A stretch of DNA of 64,000 nt from Hydractinia symbiolongicarpus (lineage: Eukaryota): NCBI RefSeq assembly GCF_029227915.1, contig NC_079879.1, forward strand, positions 12,132,720 to 12,196,719, read 5' to 3'. Both the position numbers and the translations under genes were made by a program. Numbering within the stretch: the first letter of the stretch is position 1; each line of letters starts with the position of its first letter. Under the pieces are notes generated by a model that ran no database searches, was not told the DNA's origin, and saw only the letters and a list, made by a program, of their open reading frames with translations. Shown here piece after piece: positions 25,270 to 37,500 of the stretch.

Positions 25270-25353
25270 GTATTTTTTTGATTTTTTGGTAAAGATAATC
25301 TTTTTCGTTTAATGTTTTGGGCAAAAATACTTCTTTTTCTGTTACTTTGTTAG

Positions 25354-25488
25354 AAAACTGCTACAAAATCTGTTGTTCATCTTATGGACGAACCACTTGG
25401 TGACTCATTTCAATTGTTAATTGATCTTGCTGAAATTCACGTCCCTAGAATGATTGCTCAACGCCATCCAACTGATTCGAACAAACAA
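25354..25488 (+). CDS. PARP4: PARP4 exon 22
   Basis: KTATKSVVHLMDEPLGDSFQLLIDLAEIHVPRMIAQRHPTDSNKQ. Confidence 0.75.
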
Positions 25489-25610
25489 GTATGTCTTGTT
25501 TTCTTCTTTATGTAATGAAACTCTAACAAGGTTTATGGTGCTCTATTTGTCCTAAACTTATGCTTTTGTGATTGCATTTTCATCTGTGTTAAATAGTGAG
25601 ACTTTTTTAG

Positions 25611-25703
25611 GCCTGCATGTTGACTTTCTTCCCAGAATTTGAGAATGTGTCAACAGATGTGTTGGATGTGGTGTTTCTAATTGACTTATCTAACTCAATG
25701 AAG
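25611..25703 (+). CDS. PARP4: PARP4 exon 23 (start of vWA, with the MIDAS DxSxS motif)
   Basis: ACMLTFFPEFENVSTDVLDVVFLIDLSNSMK, compared with human ACMLVFQPDL...VIICLDCSSSME. Confidence 0.85.
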
Positions 25704-26458
25704 GTAATATAGGAATAAAATTTCATGTATACTTTTGACACTGTTTTCATTTTTCTTTTTTTTAGGATTCTTTTTTTTTACCTGTGGCAACATAATGCTT
25801 TTTCTTGAACAATTTTAAATTTACCAACAAAAGAAAGTGGGCTTAAAGTTCGATCCATTATGTTAACTATGGCAGGAATTTTATTAAGACATCAGTATTG
25901 GAAAGTGACGACTCCACTTATTACCCAAGTCAAAATCAATCATTGTATTAATAGTTAGATTGTGACTGTTGTTAGTGGTTTGAGTTAAAACTGTGACAGA
26001 GTTTTGTGCTAGGTTTACATCTATAAATACATTGCTAAATATTTTTATATGGTTATGTTATTTCATGTTCATATACTCCATAATTTTATTACTTCTATTA
26101 AAAACATTTTGAAAACAAAACAAAAATTATGCTAGCAAGATCTGAACTTTGGAGATTGACGACTCTACTTATTATCCCAGTCACATAAGGGCAGATTGTT
26201 CTCCACCAATTAACTCCTTGGCAGAAGACGGAATTGCATTCTATGATGTATATATTCTTTGATGAATATATTCTTTAAAGGAACAAACCCTCCAGATCTT
26301 AAAACTAAGACTTAACTGGTTGAGTTTATCATTGTGCTAGCACTTTTGCACTTTTCTTTTTTCTTTGTAAAAAATATGAACGAATCATTATAACATTTTT
26401 TGATAATTTTGTAAATTTTGCATTTTTCAAAGAAGAATTAACACTTTGTTATTTCTAG

Positions 26459-26549
26459 GGTCTTGAGAAAGAACTGCAAAAACTTGTTTATCTAACTTTT
26501 ACTAATCTACCAGAAGAAACCAATTTTAATATCATCAAGTTTGGTGAAA
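26459..26549 (+). CDS. PARP4: PARP4 exon 24 (vWA)
   Basis: GLEKELQKLVYLTFTNLPEETNFNIIKFGE, compared with human GVTFLQAKQIALHALSLVGEKQKVNIIQFG. Confidence 0.8.
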
Positions 26550-26624
26550 GTATGCTGGATTTTTTCATCCATGTAACACTCAAAGAAAACAGGGTTACTG
26601 ACATTTTTTAATTATTATTTTTAG

Positions 26625-26698
26625 AACAGCAAGAGTTGTTTTTAGCGCCTAAATCCAAAAATCAAAAAACACACAAGTCTGTATTATCTTTCTTAAAG
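26625..26698 (+). CDS. PARP4: PARP4 exon 25 (vWA)
   Basis: KQQELFLAPKSKNQKTHKSVLSFLK. Confidence 0.65.
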
Positions 26699-26825
26699 GT
26701 TAGTACTTTTTATTTTAACATATTCAACACTAATTCAAAGATTAAAAATTACAATGTACAAGTTGGGAAGCGTACAAAAAAGGCAAACGTTTGCCGCCCT
26801 AATTTTAAAACAATGTATTACTTAG

Positions 26826-27013
26826 ATTTTGAAACCATCACTTGGAGCAACACACCTTTGGAAGCCCTTATCTATTCTGCAGTATTTAGCGTCAGCAGAG
26901 TCACCTAAGAATGTGTTTTTGTTTTCTGATGGACATATATCAGATGAGGTAACAACACTAGCATCAATACAAAACAACAACAAAAACATCAGAATGTTTA
27001 CGTTTGGAATGAG
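26826..27013 (+). CDS. PARP4: PARP4 exon 26 (vWA)
   Basis: ILKPSLGATHLWKPLSILQYLASAESPKNVFLFSDGHISDEVTTLASIQNNNKNIRMFTFGM, compared with human MGNTDFWKTL...NILLVSDGH. Confidence 0.8.
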
Positions 27014-27091
27014 GTAAACAATTGATATTTTTTATTAATGTTCGGGTTACTACTGAGGAAATTATGTTTCTCATTAACATTACTCTTTTAG

Positions 27092-27191
27092 TTCAACAGC
27101 TAACAAACATGTGTTAAGGAGAATTGCAGACCTTGGAAGTGGTTGGTTTGAATATTTTGATAAAAGTTTGAAATCCAAATGGGAGAAAAAA
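27092..27191 (+). CDS. PARP4: PARP4 exon 27 (vWA)
   Basis: SSTANKHVLRRIADLGSGWFEYFDKSLKSKWEKK, compared with human GSTANRHVLRILSQCGAGVFEYFNAKSKHSWRKQ. Confidence 0.85.
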
Positions 27192-27304
27192 GTATGTGAA
27201 TTAATAAATGTTTAAAATGGAAATTTTCTCAGCTCCATTTAATAACCACACAAATTCAAACCATGTCAACGAGTTTTATAATGCTTATGTATTACATTTT
27301 GTAG

Positions 27305-27400
27305 GTGAAAATGCAAATCGAGAAGTCTCAGCAACCTGTTCTGACAGATGTTAAAGTTCATTGGGTACAAAATGATTATGATGCTCCAAAACATTTACAG
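27305..27400 (+). CDS. PARP4: PARP4 exon 28
   Basis: VKMQIEKSQQPVLTDVKVHWVQNDYDAPKHLQ. Confidence 0.7.
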
Positions 27401-27521
27401 GTGTGAAAAACAGTTTTTAGTTTGTGTAAATGAATTTGTTTCAAATAGTTCTAAACTTCTAAAAAGAGATTCAATAAGGTTTTAGATGTTATTTAAAATT
27501 TAAAATCCATTTCTTCTACAG

Positions 27522-27596
27522 GCACCAAATGAAATTATGGCATTGTTTAATGGCTCACGATTGGTAGTGTATGGCTTTGTCCCACATTGCACTATG
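27522..27596 (+). CDS. PARP4: PARP4 exon 29
   Basis: APNEIMALFNGSRLVVYGFVPHCTM, compared with human APAQVPSLFLNDRLLVYGFIPHCTQ. Confidence 0.85.
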
Positions 27597-27736
27597 GTAT
27601 TTAAATTTCTGTCCTGAACTTTTGTAAAATTGTTAGTTATATTATTACATTTTAAATGTGTTGTTTTCTATTTAATCAATAAATTATTAGTTTGACCTAG
27701 TTAATTTGTTTGTTAATGTTTACTTTTATTGTTTAG

Positions 27737-27817
27737 GCAACATTGACAGCTTCTGTCAATGGAAAGCATATGTCCACACTTGTTTCTACATCAGAACTAA
27801 GTACATTAACCGGTTTG
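27737..27817 (+). CDS. PARP4: PARP4 exon 30
   Basis: ATLTASVNGKHMSTLVSTSELSTLTGL, compared with human ATLCALIQEKEFRTMVSTTELQKTTG. Confidence 0.8.
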
Positions 27818-28188
27818 GTACGGTTTTTAACTTTTATCTATTACGACATTTTAAGTAAAACATTGTTTCTTAAATAACTTGGTAGCAACTGTTAGCCTTG
27901 TTTCACCTGGTGGCCTTATGGCAGATTTTTGCCCATAGTGTAAAAAGTTGTGGATTCAATTCCCAACCAAGTCATGCCAGAGACTATAAAAGTGTGAATT
28001 TATCAAACTGCTAGCGCATAAAAATAGAATTGTTTTCTTAAGCAGTTGTCTAATTAAGTGACTGTTGTGCTTGTACGCCTTCTGTAGCTCGAATGGAGTT
28101 AAATTGATAACAGTACCGTTAAGAAATAAAGAGGCGTGGGTAAACAATAATAAAAATTATAATCATAATAGTGAGACAATTTATTTAG

Positions 28189-28269
28189 TCTTTGCATCGC
28201 CTTGCTGCCAAAGCAATTATCGAAGATTGGGAAAACGGAATGTTGAGTGAGTATGAAATAGAACATGAG
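28189..28269 (+). CDS. PARP4: PARP4 exon 31
   Basis: SLHRLAAKAIIEDWENGMLSEYEIEHE, compared with human IHKLAARALIRDYEDGILHENETSHE. Confidence 0.85.
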
Positions 28270-28748
28270 GTGTGTAATATTTTTTTTGGTTTTCTTCTTG
28301 TGTAATAATGTCAGCTGATTTGGTATATGAATACAAGGAATTTTTACTTGCTCCTTTTATTTTTTAAATATAAAAATGGCATATTTTTCTAAATTATAAC
28401 CGTTTTTTTAAATTCTAGAGTCTAATTTTATTTTTAAATTTGTCCCAATGTTTTTCAAGAAATCTTCATTCTCTAGTTTTTTAGGACAAAATTTTCGGTT
28501 GGTAAATTTAGATATTGCCTTATTTTTTAATCAAATTTATTGTCTAATTGGAAAAAACCTGAAATGCTGTGAAAAATGCATAAATGAAATGTTTGTGTTT
28601 AGTTGAATAATACAATTATTAGTCATGAACAAGAAAACTTGTTATAGGCTATATCTCGAGAGCTACAGTTATCACCAATAGGCCCGTCCTCCCAAATAAA
28701 ATGATTTTTTTATTTTATTCTGATTATATTGTCCGTAATTTTTTTCAG

Positions 28749-28847
28749 ATGATTAAACAGAAAATGAAAAAGCAAATTATTGATATGAGTATTGAATTCT
28801 CAATTGTAACAAAATTTACAAGTTTTGTAGCCATCGAAGAAAGAGAG
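28749..28847 (+). CDS. PARP4: PARP4 exon 32
   Basis: MIKQKMKKQIIDMSIEFSIVTKFTSFVAIEERE, compared with human MKKQTLKSLIIKLSKENSLITQFTSFVAVEKRDE. Confidence 0.85.
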
Positions 28848-28950
28848 GTAAATATTATTATTGTTATTATTATTCACAACAGCATTATGCTCTAGATAAA
28901 GTTTTGAATGAGGAAAGGAAGGTTGTGTCTTGTTACAAACGGTTTTTCAG

Positions 28951-29055
28951 AGTGGTGAAAGCAAAGATGACACAGCACCAACAATAGATGAACTTGTTGC
29001 GATGGAAAACATTGATATTTTATCCTACATGGCTTTTGAAGATAAGTCAAAAATT
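28951..29055 (+). CDS. PARP4: PARP4 exon 33
   Basis: SGESKDDTAPTIDELVAMENIDILSYMAFEDKSKI, compared with human PKVSELIAKEDVDFLPYMSW. gtgagt donor. Confidence 0.75.
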
Positions 29056-29349
29056 GTGAGTCTCTACATTAATAATACCTGTATTCTGTCTGTCCTCTAA
29101 AAGAAGTTCAGGCTAACTGTGCACGAAATCTTCAACCTACAAATAACAAATAGCAATTATAATTTTACCAACTTTAACACTTCCATATAGTAGTTTCATT
29201 TTTATGGATAACCGATTTAAGTTTTTCTCCGCCTTGACATGCCGGCGAAGGAACCACCAGAGTACGTTGACAAAGGCCCTTTTAGATTAAAAAGGGGGGT
29301 GTTGAGTTTTGAAGGTCTCTTCTCGACCTTTTTCTCTTCTTAATTTGTA

Positions 29350-32185
29350 TTTATAAAGAGGGCGGATCTAGGGTTAGGCAGCCTAGGCAATTGCTTAAGC
29401 CTAATTTTGTGGCCGTAGAAAAAACATTCTTTAGATAGAATAATTCATAAAAAACAGAATTATTTTGTAAATTTGTTTTTGGCATCCCGCTCATTACGAC
29501 ATCATGCACTGCGGCGTTTTATCATTTTTTTTATCATTGATATTTTACTCAAAAACAAACCCGGGGCGATCTTAGGCAAAAATGTCGATTCGCCTAAAAC
29601 GTCCGCGGGTTTTGAAGTTTCGAATGAATGAAAATCACAGATGGAAGAAAAAACGCCTAAAAAGTCCGCGGGGTTTCAAGTTCCAATGAATGAAATATTG
29701 AAATGGGAAGAAAAACCGCCTAAAACGTCCGTGGGTTTTTAAGTTTAAACGCCTAAAACGACCACGGGTATGGTTACATGGACGACAAGTGGATACTTCT
29801 TTTTCAACATGGGTTAGCTGTGTCCGAAGCACCTCAAGTGGCTAGAATAAATCAAAGCAATTGTATGCTAGCTAAGTTAAATGAAGAAGTTTTGAGTTTG
29901 GAAACCCTTTCAGATATTAAAAGGATTGGAAATGCTGGAGGGAAGTATTGTTGCCACGTGCGCCATGTTGTTGTCTTAAACCAAACCTTCATCCTGCCTC
30001 TTCAAAAGATAATAAATACATTACTTGAAGTAAGTAATACTTCATATATTTTAGTTTTTACTGCTGCTGGATTTAAGGCACTTTTGTGTCAAGAACTATT
30101 CTCAAAAGTGGTAAATCACCAGATGTTCTTACAAAACTTGTGATTTAAAAAATCTCTTTCTTATCAAAACAAAAGGTTTTAACTTGACCTCGATCAAATG
30201 GATTGTTTGTTTTTTAAAGCCCAATGCTAACTGAGGCAATTTATGTAAACACTGTCTTGGAGGTCAAAAAATGTTTGGAGGTGTATGTTCAGTTTGGTAT
30301 AGAGTATTGCTAAGCTGCATGTGCATTAGTTGGAATTTTGTTAGTTTTTTGTTTATTGTCTTAAGGTCAAAGGCTTCGTGTAGCCGTTTATGCAACTGTG
30401 TATCTTTGTGTCCGTGTGGAAAAGGAATAATTCTTGTAAGATAGCTAAGGGACAGCTCTTTCATAAACGCAAAAGTTTAAGCTAAATGTAAATAGGTCTG
30501 TAGGTCCCCTTTCCCTGGGGATTTACAGATAGGTAATATATTCGAATGTTGTCAGTCCCTGAAATCATACGCACTCGGATATGTGCTCCTGTTAAGCAGG
30601 TAGACGACAACAAGTTCAAAATACTTTCTACAATATGAGATATACTTAAACGTCAAAGGATTCTACCTCGTCCCAATGCAAATTTACGTTTAGCATATAC
30701 TTTTCGATTGTGAGTGTCCCTAAGAACTTTAACTTTGTTGGAACTTTTAAACAGTAGATTTTATATACAACATTCTACTGCGCATTTTAAAATATTTTAA
30801 GAACACAAGGAGATCCTTAACGTTCCCACGCTGCTTTTAATTGTGATAAAATTGCTAAAAACAAAAGAATGAAACAATACCTAATTTAAGAATAGTCCAA
30901 GTTTGTTGTATAATATTTCTTCTTTTTTGTTGAGCAATACAACATATATAATTTTGTTTTAGGAATAGATATATTGATGTCAGCCATGATTAATATTCTT
31001 CTGACAATGAAAATCACCATCAATTAAAGAACACAGGAGATTCATTATGAATCCTTATAATATTGGAAAACTGTAAACAATGGATATATATTTATATATC
31101 AAATGGATGGGTATGATATCAAAATAACTTGTACTGATAGAAATGATTTTCACGTAAAATGATACAGATCGAAACAAGAATTGCATGTTAAAGAACGTTC
31201 TGCTACAAACCAATGAAAATGTCATGTTAACTTATGCATATGAGTAGAATGTGTATATATATATGTTGCTTTTTATATGAGAATCTTCAAAATTGACCTA
31301 GTTACTAAAACTTTTTTAAAAATTTCGACTCTTACTTTTAAACATAGTTGACAGGGGCATGTGAGGGTAAATAATATGCAGACATGTTAAATGTTTTGAT
31401 GTTATTTTTCTTGATTCCAACTCTTTTCTGGCTTAATAAAGTACTCAACTTTTGTGGAAATTTTTTAACAATAAAATTAATGCTTAATAGAAATTGGTGC
31501 GAAACTACACCAGTAACCTTAATATTAAAAAATATTAACTTCATAAAGGGGTAACTACTATATACTTTTTGTAGTCGTTTATTATACGTTGCTATCTTAC
31601 ACATGCTTTTGTTTTTGCATTTGCAGGTTGTTAGCACAGGCTGTAATTTTCCAAACAATAATTCTACGTTGCATTGCTGTTGACTATCTATTCCTAAAAT
31701 TGTCTTGTAATGTAATTTTTTGTTGTATTATTAGCTATTAGACTTATTGCATATTTTGAAATAAAGTAACTCCCCAAATTTGTAACTTGGCGATTACTTG
31801 TACTCGTATTAAATGCATAAAACGTAAAAAAGATGCTTAGATGATACCAGTGTGGTATGTCATTCAAAGGAACTATGGCAACGCTAACCCTGTTTCGAGT
31901 CTAATTTACCAAACGGAGTTTTCCATCCGCATGTTTTAGCGAGGATAACAGTGTTAAACTACGGAGGTTACTTTTATTTATTGGGCTATAAAGACACTTT
32001 CGTTTCTAATCTAGGAAGAATTTTTAATAACTAAAAACCTCACTTTTGGAACGATTTTAGCTCCTTTTATAATAAAAACACAAAACGGCCGCTTCACCTT
32101 GTACAACACCACAACCCTTGATATTACTTTGCAAAAAAATCTGTCCAGTTTTGCCTAACCAGAAAAAAATCCTAGATCCGCTCCT
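29350..32185. mobile_element. Possible TE-like insertion bounded by an imperfect short inverted repeat; contains the 60-bp tandem repeat and a 121-aa orphan ORF (29778-30143, +)
   Basis: gcggatctagggttaggca at about 29353 is the reverse complement of tgcctaacc...cctagatccgc at about 32155-32185, as an 11-mer plus an 8-mer. The ORF sequence is MDDKWILLFQHGLAVSEAPQVARINQSN...CCHVRHVVVLNQTFILPLQKIINTLLE. This call is weak. Confidence 0.25.
29575..29770. repeat. Tandem repeat with a unit of about 58-60 bp and roughly 3.5 copies
   Basis: The unit cgcctaaaacgtccgcgggttttgaagtt-cgaatgaatgaaa...ggaagaaaaaa repeats at about 29575, 29640, 29700 and 29748. Confidence 0.7.
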
Positions 32186-33039
32186 GCTAATATGAACACT
32201 TTATGACGCTTTTTTAAGATTTTGGCTACAAACATATATATACGTCCAGCATGATGTAATAATAAGCTAACCTAACCAACATACTCCTCTTCCTGATTTT
32301 TATCTTAGCTAACATTATGATTTATTTTTTTTCTTTAATTTTAATCTACGCCAATCTGATTTTTAACTAAGCTGGACATTTTCTTCGTTGTGTGTGTAGC
32401 CAGCTAGTTGTGAGTTCTTTAAAGTGAATGCAACAAAGAGATATTTCTGTTTTATAGCTAGCTAAAACATTTTGAGATATTTTGTGTATCGTAGGTTTAA
32501 GTGTACAGTCATCGTGACCTGTATTTAATGTTTCACTGTGGCTGAGAGGTGTGCAACTATTACAGGAAGTTATTCCTGGTCACTGTTTTAATTAAATGAG
32601 GTAACGACAGGTGGTTCACAGGTTGTTTTTTTATATAAACCGAAGTTGAGAAAAAATTATATAGCTACGCCAAACGACAAGCTATTGTAAGCACTCCACA
32701 TAAATGTTCGACATGGTTTTCCTGCACTTATTCCTTATCCCACATCTTGCTCCAATCTAAGCAGGTATGCAGCAATGTTGACCTAAGCGGTCAACATGAA
32801 ATAAAAAACAACCATAAAAGGTTGATGGCTATGACATATGTTATGTTTAATAGTGTTTGTTGCTGTTTACAAATAAACTACAATGACTGGTTGAAGTAAC
32901 AGACAAGCAAAAATTTAGCACATTTGGTAAATGAATTTCAAATATATGTGTTTTAATGAATTCTTAATCTTATTGCCACTAAAGTAAGCCATATATGTGA
33001 TGCTCTCTAGGAAAATCGACCACTTCTCTTTTCGTATTA

Positions 33040-33140
33040 AAAAATGCGAAATACGGAAATTTCCTATTAAAACATATTGATTTCGTATTTTAAAATACGC
33101 GTATTTTCAAAAATACAAATACGTATTTTCGTATTTTTAA
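33040..33140. repeat. Palindromic low-complexity tract built from aaatacg / cgtattt motifs
   Basis: gcgaaatacg...cgtattttaaaatacgcgtattttcaaaaatacaaatacgtattttcgtatttttaaaaatac. Confidence 0.6.
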
Positions 33141-33521
33141 AAATACACAAGGCGACTCCAACTTAATTAGTTGTTCTACGGGCGAAGTTGATAGTAGCTT
33201 ACGGTTGGTCGGCTGGCGAAATGAAAATAATTTTATCTATAATGTATGGCCGGAACAACAACCAAAAAGATAACAACTATGTATTTAGGCATCACACACG
33301 CAGTTTAGGTAACCTCACCAACTATAATATGCCTCGCACATGTACATATGAACTATAGTTTAATTTCAAGGATAAGTGTCAACGTGGACATTTGTGGTCA
33401 GTTGTGGTCTGTGCTAACTGTAAATGTGGTCTGTGTTGACTGTTTTTTATCTTGAATTATTGTATAAATATTCTTAAATAAGATCAAATCCAGATTTGTA
33501 AGAGACATCTTTTTTTTATAG

Positions 33522-33631
33522 GTCACAAAGTTTCATGGAGTCATAAGTTTTTATTCCCAAGACCAGAGTAATAAAAGCAATGAGAAAAACGGAAGTGGAA
33601 GTGATGAAAACCTTTCACCGTACAAGTCTAG
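33522..33631 (+). CDS. PARP4: Candidate downstream PARP4 exon in the low-complexity acidic/Ser-rich linker
   Basis: VTKFHGVISFYSQDQSNKSNEKNGSGSDENLSPYKSR. tatag acceptor and gtgagg donor. The phase is compatible with exon 33. There is no recognisable homology. Confidence 0.35.
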
Positions 33632-34027
33632 GTGAGGCTTATGCTTATGCTACTGCTGCATGATACAAAAAAATCTAGCCACACTATGAGTTTCTCATGA
33701 AAAATTTAAGAATAGCTTCTGTCATTTTAAAATTAGTAAATTTACCATGTGTAGTTCAAATCTCTTAATCTTTTAACGCAAAAAGCAATGTACCTTAGAG
33801 TAATAAACTGAATACAACTTTTGATCTTGAACCACACTTTATAACATCAGTTTCGATGGAAGCCTTGTTAGGAGTAAACAATATTAGTTGCAAGTTAACA
33901 AAATTATATCTCTTTTGTTGTTGTTATTCTTACAATGGTGTCTGAAATTCCACTACATCCCTTTTTTAAGCATCAAGCAAAATGCATTCGCTATGTAAAC
34001 TTGATATCAATGACTTGTTGTTTATAG

Positions 34028-34172
34028 TAGTGTTAGTATTCCTCCGATATCTCCAGAGCTCAAAGAAATGGTTTTGAATCAACAAACTGGAAGTGCAGTT
34101 GATGAAGTTGGTGATAGTGTTAATGATGATATGAGTACAATGAAGCCAGCAAAAGTTACTCATGGATACAGG
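34028..34172 (+). CDS. PARP4: Candidate downstream PARP4 exon
   Basis: SSVSIPPISPELKEMVLNQQTGSAVDEVGDSVNDDMSTMKPAKVTHGYR. The phase is compatible with the previous candidate. gtatgt donor. Confidence 0.35.
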
Positions 34173-34389
34173 GTATGTATTTTGGCACACAATGTTTTAT
34201 TTGGTATAGTGGCAAATGCATCCTATGGAAATCGATCACAATCATCTTGAAATGTTTAGTACATTCTTGGACGAAAAGATTGTAAATAATGAAGAAGAAA
34301 ACTGCAGAAATGAAACCACTAGTTTTTCTAAAATAATGTCAGTCCAACAGAGTTTTTATAATTTATTAATTTAACATTTTTTCACTTAG

Positions 34390-34423
34390 AGTCTTGAAGA
34401 TGTCAGTCAACCATCAATGAAGG
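34390..34423 (+). CDS. PARP4: Weak candidate micro-exon just before the tandem array
   Basis: SLEDVSQPSMK. ag acceptor and gtaggc donor. It is short and unsupported. Confidence 0.2.
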
Positions 34424-34539
34424 GTAGGCTTAGTCGTCATTTTGTGCCAGGCCTATTACACATGTAAAATAATGTTGAGGAGAATCTCCTCCCACCTGTA
34501 TTACCATTTTTAAATCATGACAGAGATGCCTTCTCTGCA

Positions 34540-37500
34540 CCATCATTTTCGTTGATCGAGATAACAGCAAAACATAATACAGACTACATTAGGAGCAGGA
34601 ATGATATCACTTTCAAGAATCGATTTTTGTTTCAAAACTTGTTTGGTTTTATTAACATATCATCGGAACAACTCCTTTGTGATCACCTTGTAGCAAAAAT
34701 ACATAAAACAAGTACTTTTTTTAACTACTACAACATGACATTCTGTCATCCCGTTTCAAAATTTAAAGGATTTGTCCCATCACATACATCACTGTACAGT
34801 TACTGATTTGCGTTGGGCATAACTGTTGGGTAATAAAGAATGTTTGAACTTAACATGATCTGAGTTCTTTTTACTGTATTATAGCTTTGTACAATTTTCA
34901 GCCTGTCTACTTTGACAGACATATTTTCCGATACCTTATATATCCTGAACTGTTTCTTTCAGTAGTGAAATTTGTGAGCATCATAGAATATCTTGAAACG
35001 AACTCATTCCAAGTAAAAATCAATTTGATGCCATAGGTTTTCAAATGACGTCACACATGCAGAGAATGGGTCATTTTTACCATGTACAATAAATCTTTAA
35101 ATCTCACATGTACCAATATTTTGACCTAGCTTCTTGGTAGCTTTCTAGCCTGAATACGAAATAATTGTTTTCAACCAGTCAAACGACGTCAAAAACCTGT
35201 TTTTTTTCAAAAACATATCACACAGGATTAAACGGTACATCGATACGATACATTTTTTAACGATGACAAAGACAAAAGAAAAACAAAATATAACCGCCAC
35301 TTCAGGAGGAATAATATCATTTTCAGGAATGAATTGTTTCAAATCTTGCGTGATTTTCTTCCTAGTACTAGCATATCATCGTAACAACTCCTTTGTGATC
35401 ACCTGCTAGCAAAAATACATGACATAAGTACTTATATAACTACTACAACATCTCATCCTGTTTCAAAGTTTAAAGTAATTGCCCCCTCAAGGAATTGCAC
35501 TCATCCCCTGCAAAGTACAAATCTAAACAAAAACATCGCTAGTCGAAATGGTATTTAAACGTAACGTTTCTAGTAAATCACATACCTAACAAAAGGTATG
35601 CTTTGCGGCAGGCACTTATGACCCCTCTCCTAGGGTTAATATGTTGTTGTTTTTTAAGCCAGAGGAGGATTCCGAGAGGCCTGTTAACATCATAATTTGT
35701 GAATCATGTTAAAAATTTAATGTGCTAACTGGCTTTCCTGTCAGGTGCTTTTATGTGACATACATTTATTTAGGATTTGGTTTGGCAACTGAGTCCCCTC
35801 AAGTTGTATCGTCCGGCACTGTCAGCAAAGGCAACTATTTCAAAAGATTTATTCAAATTATGAATTCATCCTTCCTTCTCATTCAAATTTATGCCACACA
35901 ATTCTTTTTATCCCCTGCTCTAAAAGAATTTCGAACATTTTGATGAAGAATTTGGAAATACTTTCAATAAGAAGAGTAAAATTTATTTTATTTTTTTCAT
36001 TTTTTTAATTGAAGGTCTGGGTATAATGGCTTGTTTAATAGCTAAATTTTCATTACTGATTTGCATTGGGCATAATTGTTGGGTGATAAAGAATGTTTGA
36101 ACTTAGCAAGATCTCAGTTCTATTTACTGTATTATAGCTGGGCATTTTTCCGTCCGTCTAATGTTGACGAGATATTTTCCGATACCTTATACATCCTGAA
36201 CTGTTTGTTTCAGTAGTGAAGTTTTTGAGCATCATAGAATATCTTGAAACGAATTCATTCCAAGTAAAAGTCAATTTGATGCCCTAGGTTTTCAAATGAC
36301 GTTACACATGCAGAGAATGGGTCATTTTTTCCATGTACAATAAATCTTTATATCTCGCATATACCAATTTCCTGACCTAGCTTCTTAGTTGCTTTTTAGC
36401 CTGAATATAAAAAAATTGTTTTCAACGAGTGAACCGACGTCAATGACAACAGCGAGATCAAGCAAGAAGTCATATCTGCAGGAACCTTTTTTTGCTTTAA
36501 GATGTAAAAACCTGTTTTTTTTTCAAAAACATATCACACTGCATTAAACGGTACATCGATACGATACATTTTTTAACGATGACAAAGACAAAAGAAAAAC
36601 AAAATATAACCGCCACTTCAGGAGGAATAATATCATTTTCAGGAATGAATTGTTTCAAATCTTGCGTGATTTTCTTCCTAGTACTAGCATATCATCGGAA
36701 CAACTCCTTTGTGATCACCTGCTAGCAAAAATACATGACATAAGTACTTTAATAACTACTACAACATCGTGAATTTCTGTCATCCTGTTTCAAAGTTTAA
36801 AGTAATTGCCCCCTCAAGGAATTGCACTCATCCCCTGCAAACTACAAATCTAAACAAAAACGTCGCTAGTCGAAATGGTATTTAAACGTAACGTTTCTAG
36901 TAAATCGCATACCTAACAAAAGGTATGCTTTGCGGCAGGCACTGTATGACCCTTCTCCTAGGGTTAATATGTTGTTGTTTTTTAATATAGAGGAGGATTC
37001 CGAGAGGCCTGTTAACATCATAATTTGTGAACCATGTTAAAACTTTAATGTGCCAACTGGCTTTCCTGTCAGGTGTTTTCTATGTGACATGCATTTATTT
37101 GGGATTTTGTTTTGGAAATGCGGCCCCTCAAATTGCATCGTCCGGCACTGTCAGCAAGGGTAACTATTTTTGTTTTTATTCGAATTATGAATTCATCCTT
37201 CCTTCTCATTCAAATTTATGCCACACTTCTTTTTATCCACTGCTCTAAAAGATTTGCGAACATTTTGATGAAAAGTTTGGAAATACTTTGAACAAGAAGA
37301 GTAAAATTTTTTTTATTTTTTTCATTTTTTTTAATTGAAGGCCTGGGTAAAATGGCATGTTTAATAGCTAAATTTTCATTACTGATTTGCATTGGGCATA
37401 ATTGTTGGGTGATAAAGAATGTTTGAACTTAACAAGATCTCAGTTCTATTTACTGTATTATAGCTGGGCATTTTTCCGTCCGTCTAATGTTGAAGAGATA

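Larger units (their letters stand above)
10359..34423 (+). other. PARP4: Gene span of the PARP4 (vault poly-ADP-ribose polymerase) ortholog, encoding BRCT, PARP catalytic, VIT and vWA domains; the 3' end is unresolved
   Basis: 33 phase-consistent exons have GT-AG boundaries and no in-frame stops, giving about 1208 aa. The translated exons resemble human PARP4 as I recall it. The human N-terminus is FANCIFCLKV...ENGG...CTHIIL. The human segment LNDVSKAEGILLLVK...ADLCQ corresponds to MADVTKAEGILLRLK...SDLCQ here. AVCGFEAFINGKHIVGEIKEKEEAQQEY corresponds to AVCGFEAFINGKHIIGQVKEKEQARKEY. FTVSVGNLPPKAKVLIKITY corresponds to FTVSVGNLPPHADVLIKITY. Confidence 0.85.

Noticed and set aside
29635-29832. 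Minus-strand 65-aa ORF
   Set aside because: It is wholly generated by the 60-bp tandem repeat. Its translation is repetitive (GRFRRFFFP... LKPRGLFRRFFF).
29812-30028. This ORF segment as a genuine PARP4 exon
   Set aside because: At 217 nt it would break the otherwise perfectly maintained phase between exon 33 and the downstream candidates. It has no similarity to PARP4. It lies inside a repeat-rich block bounded by inverted motifs.
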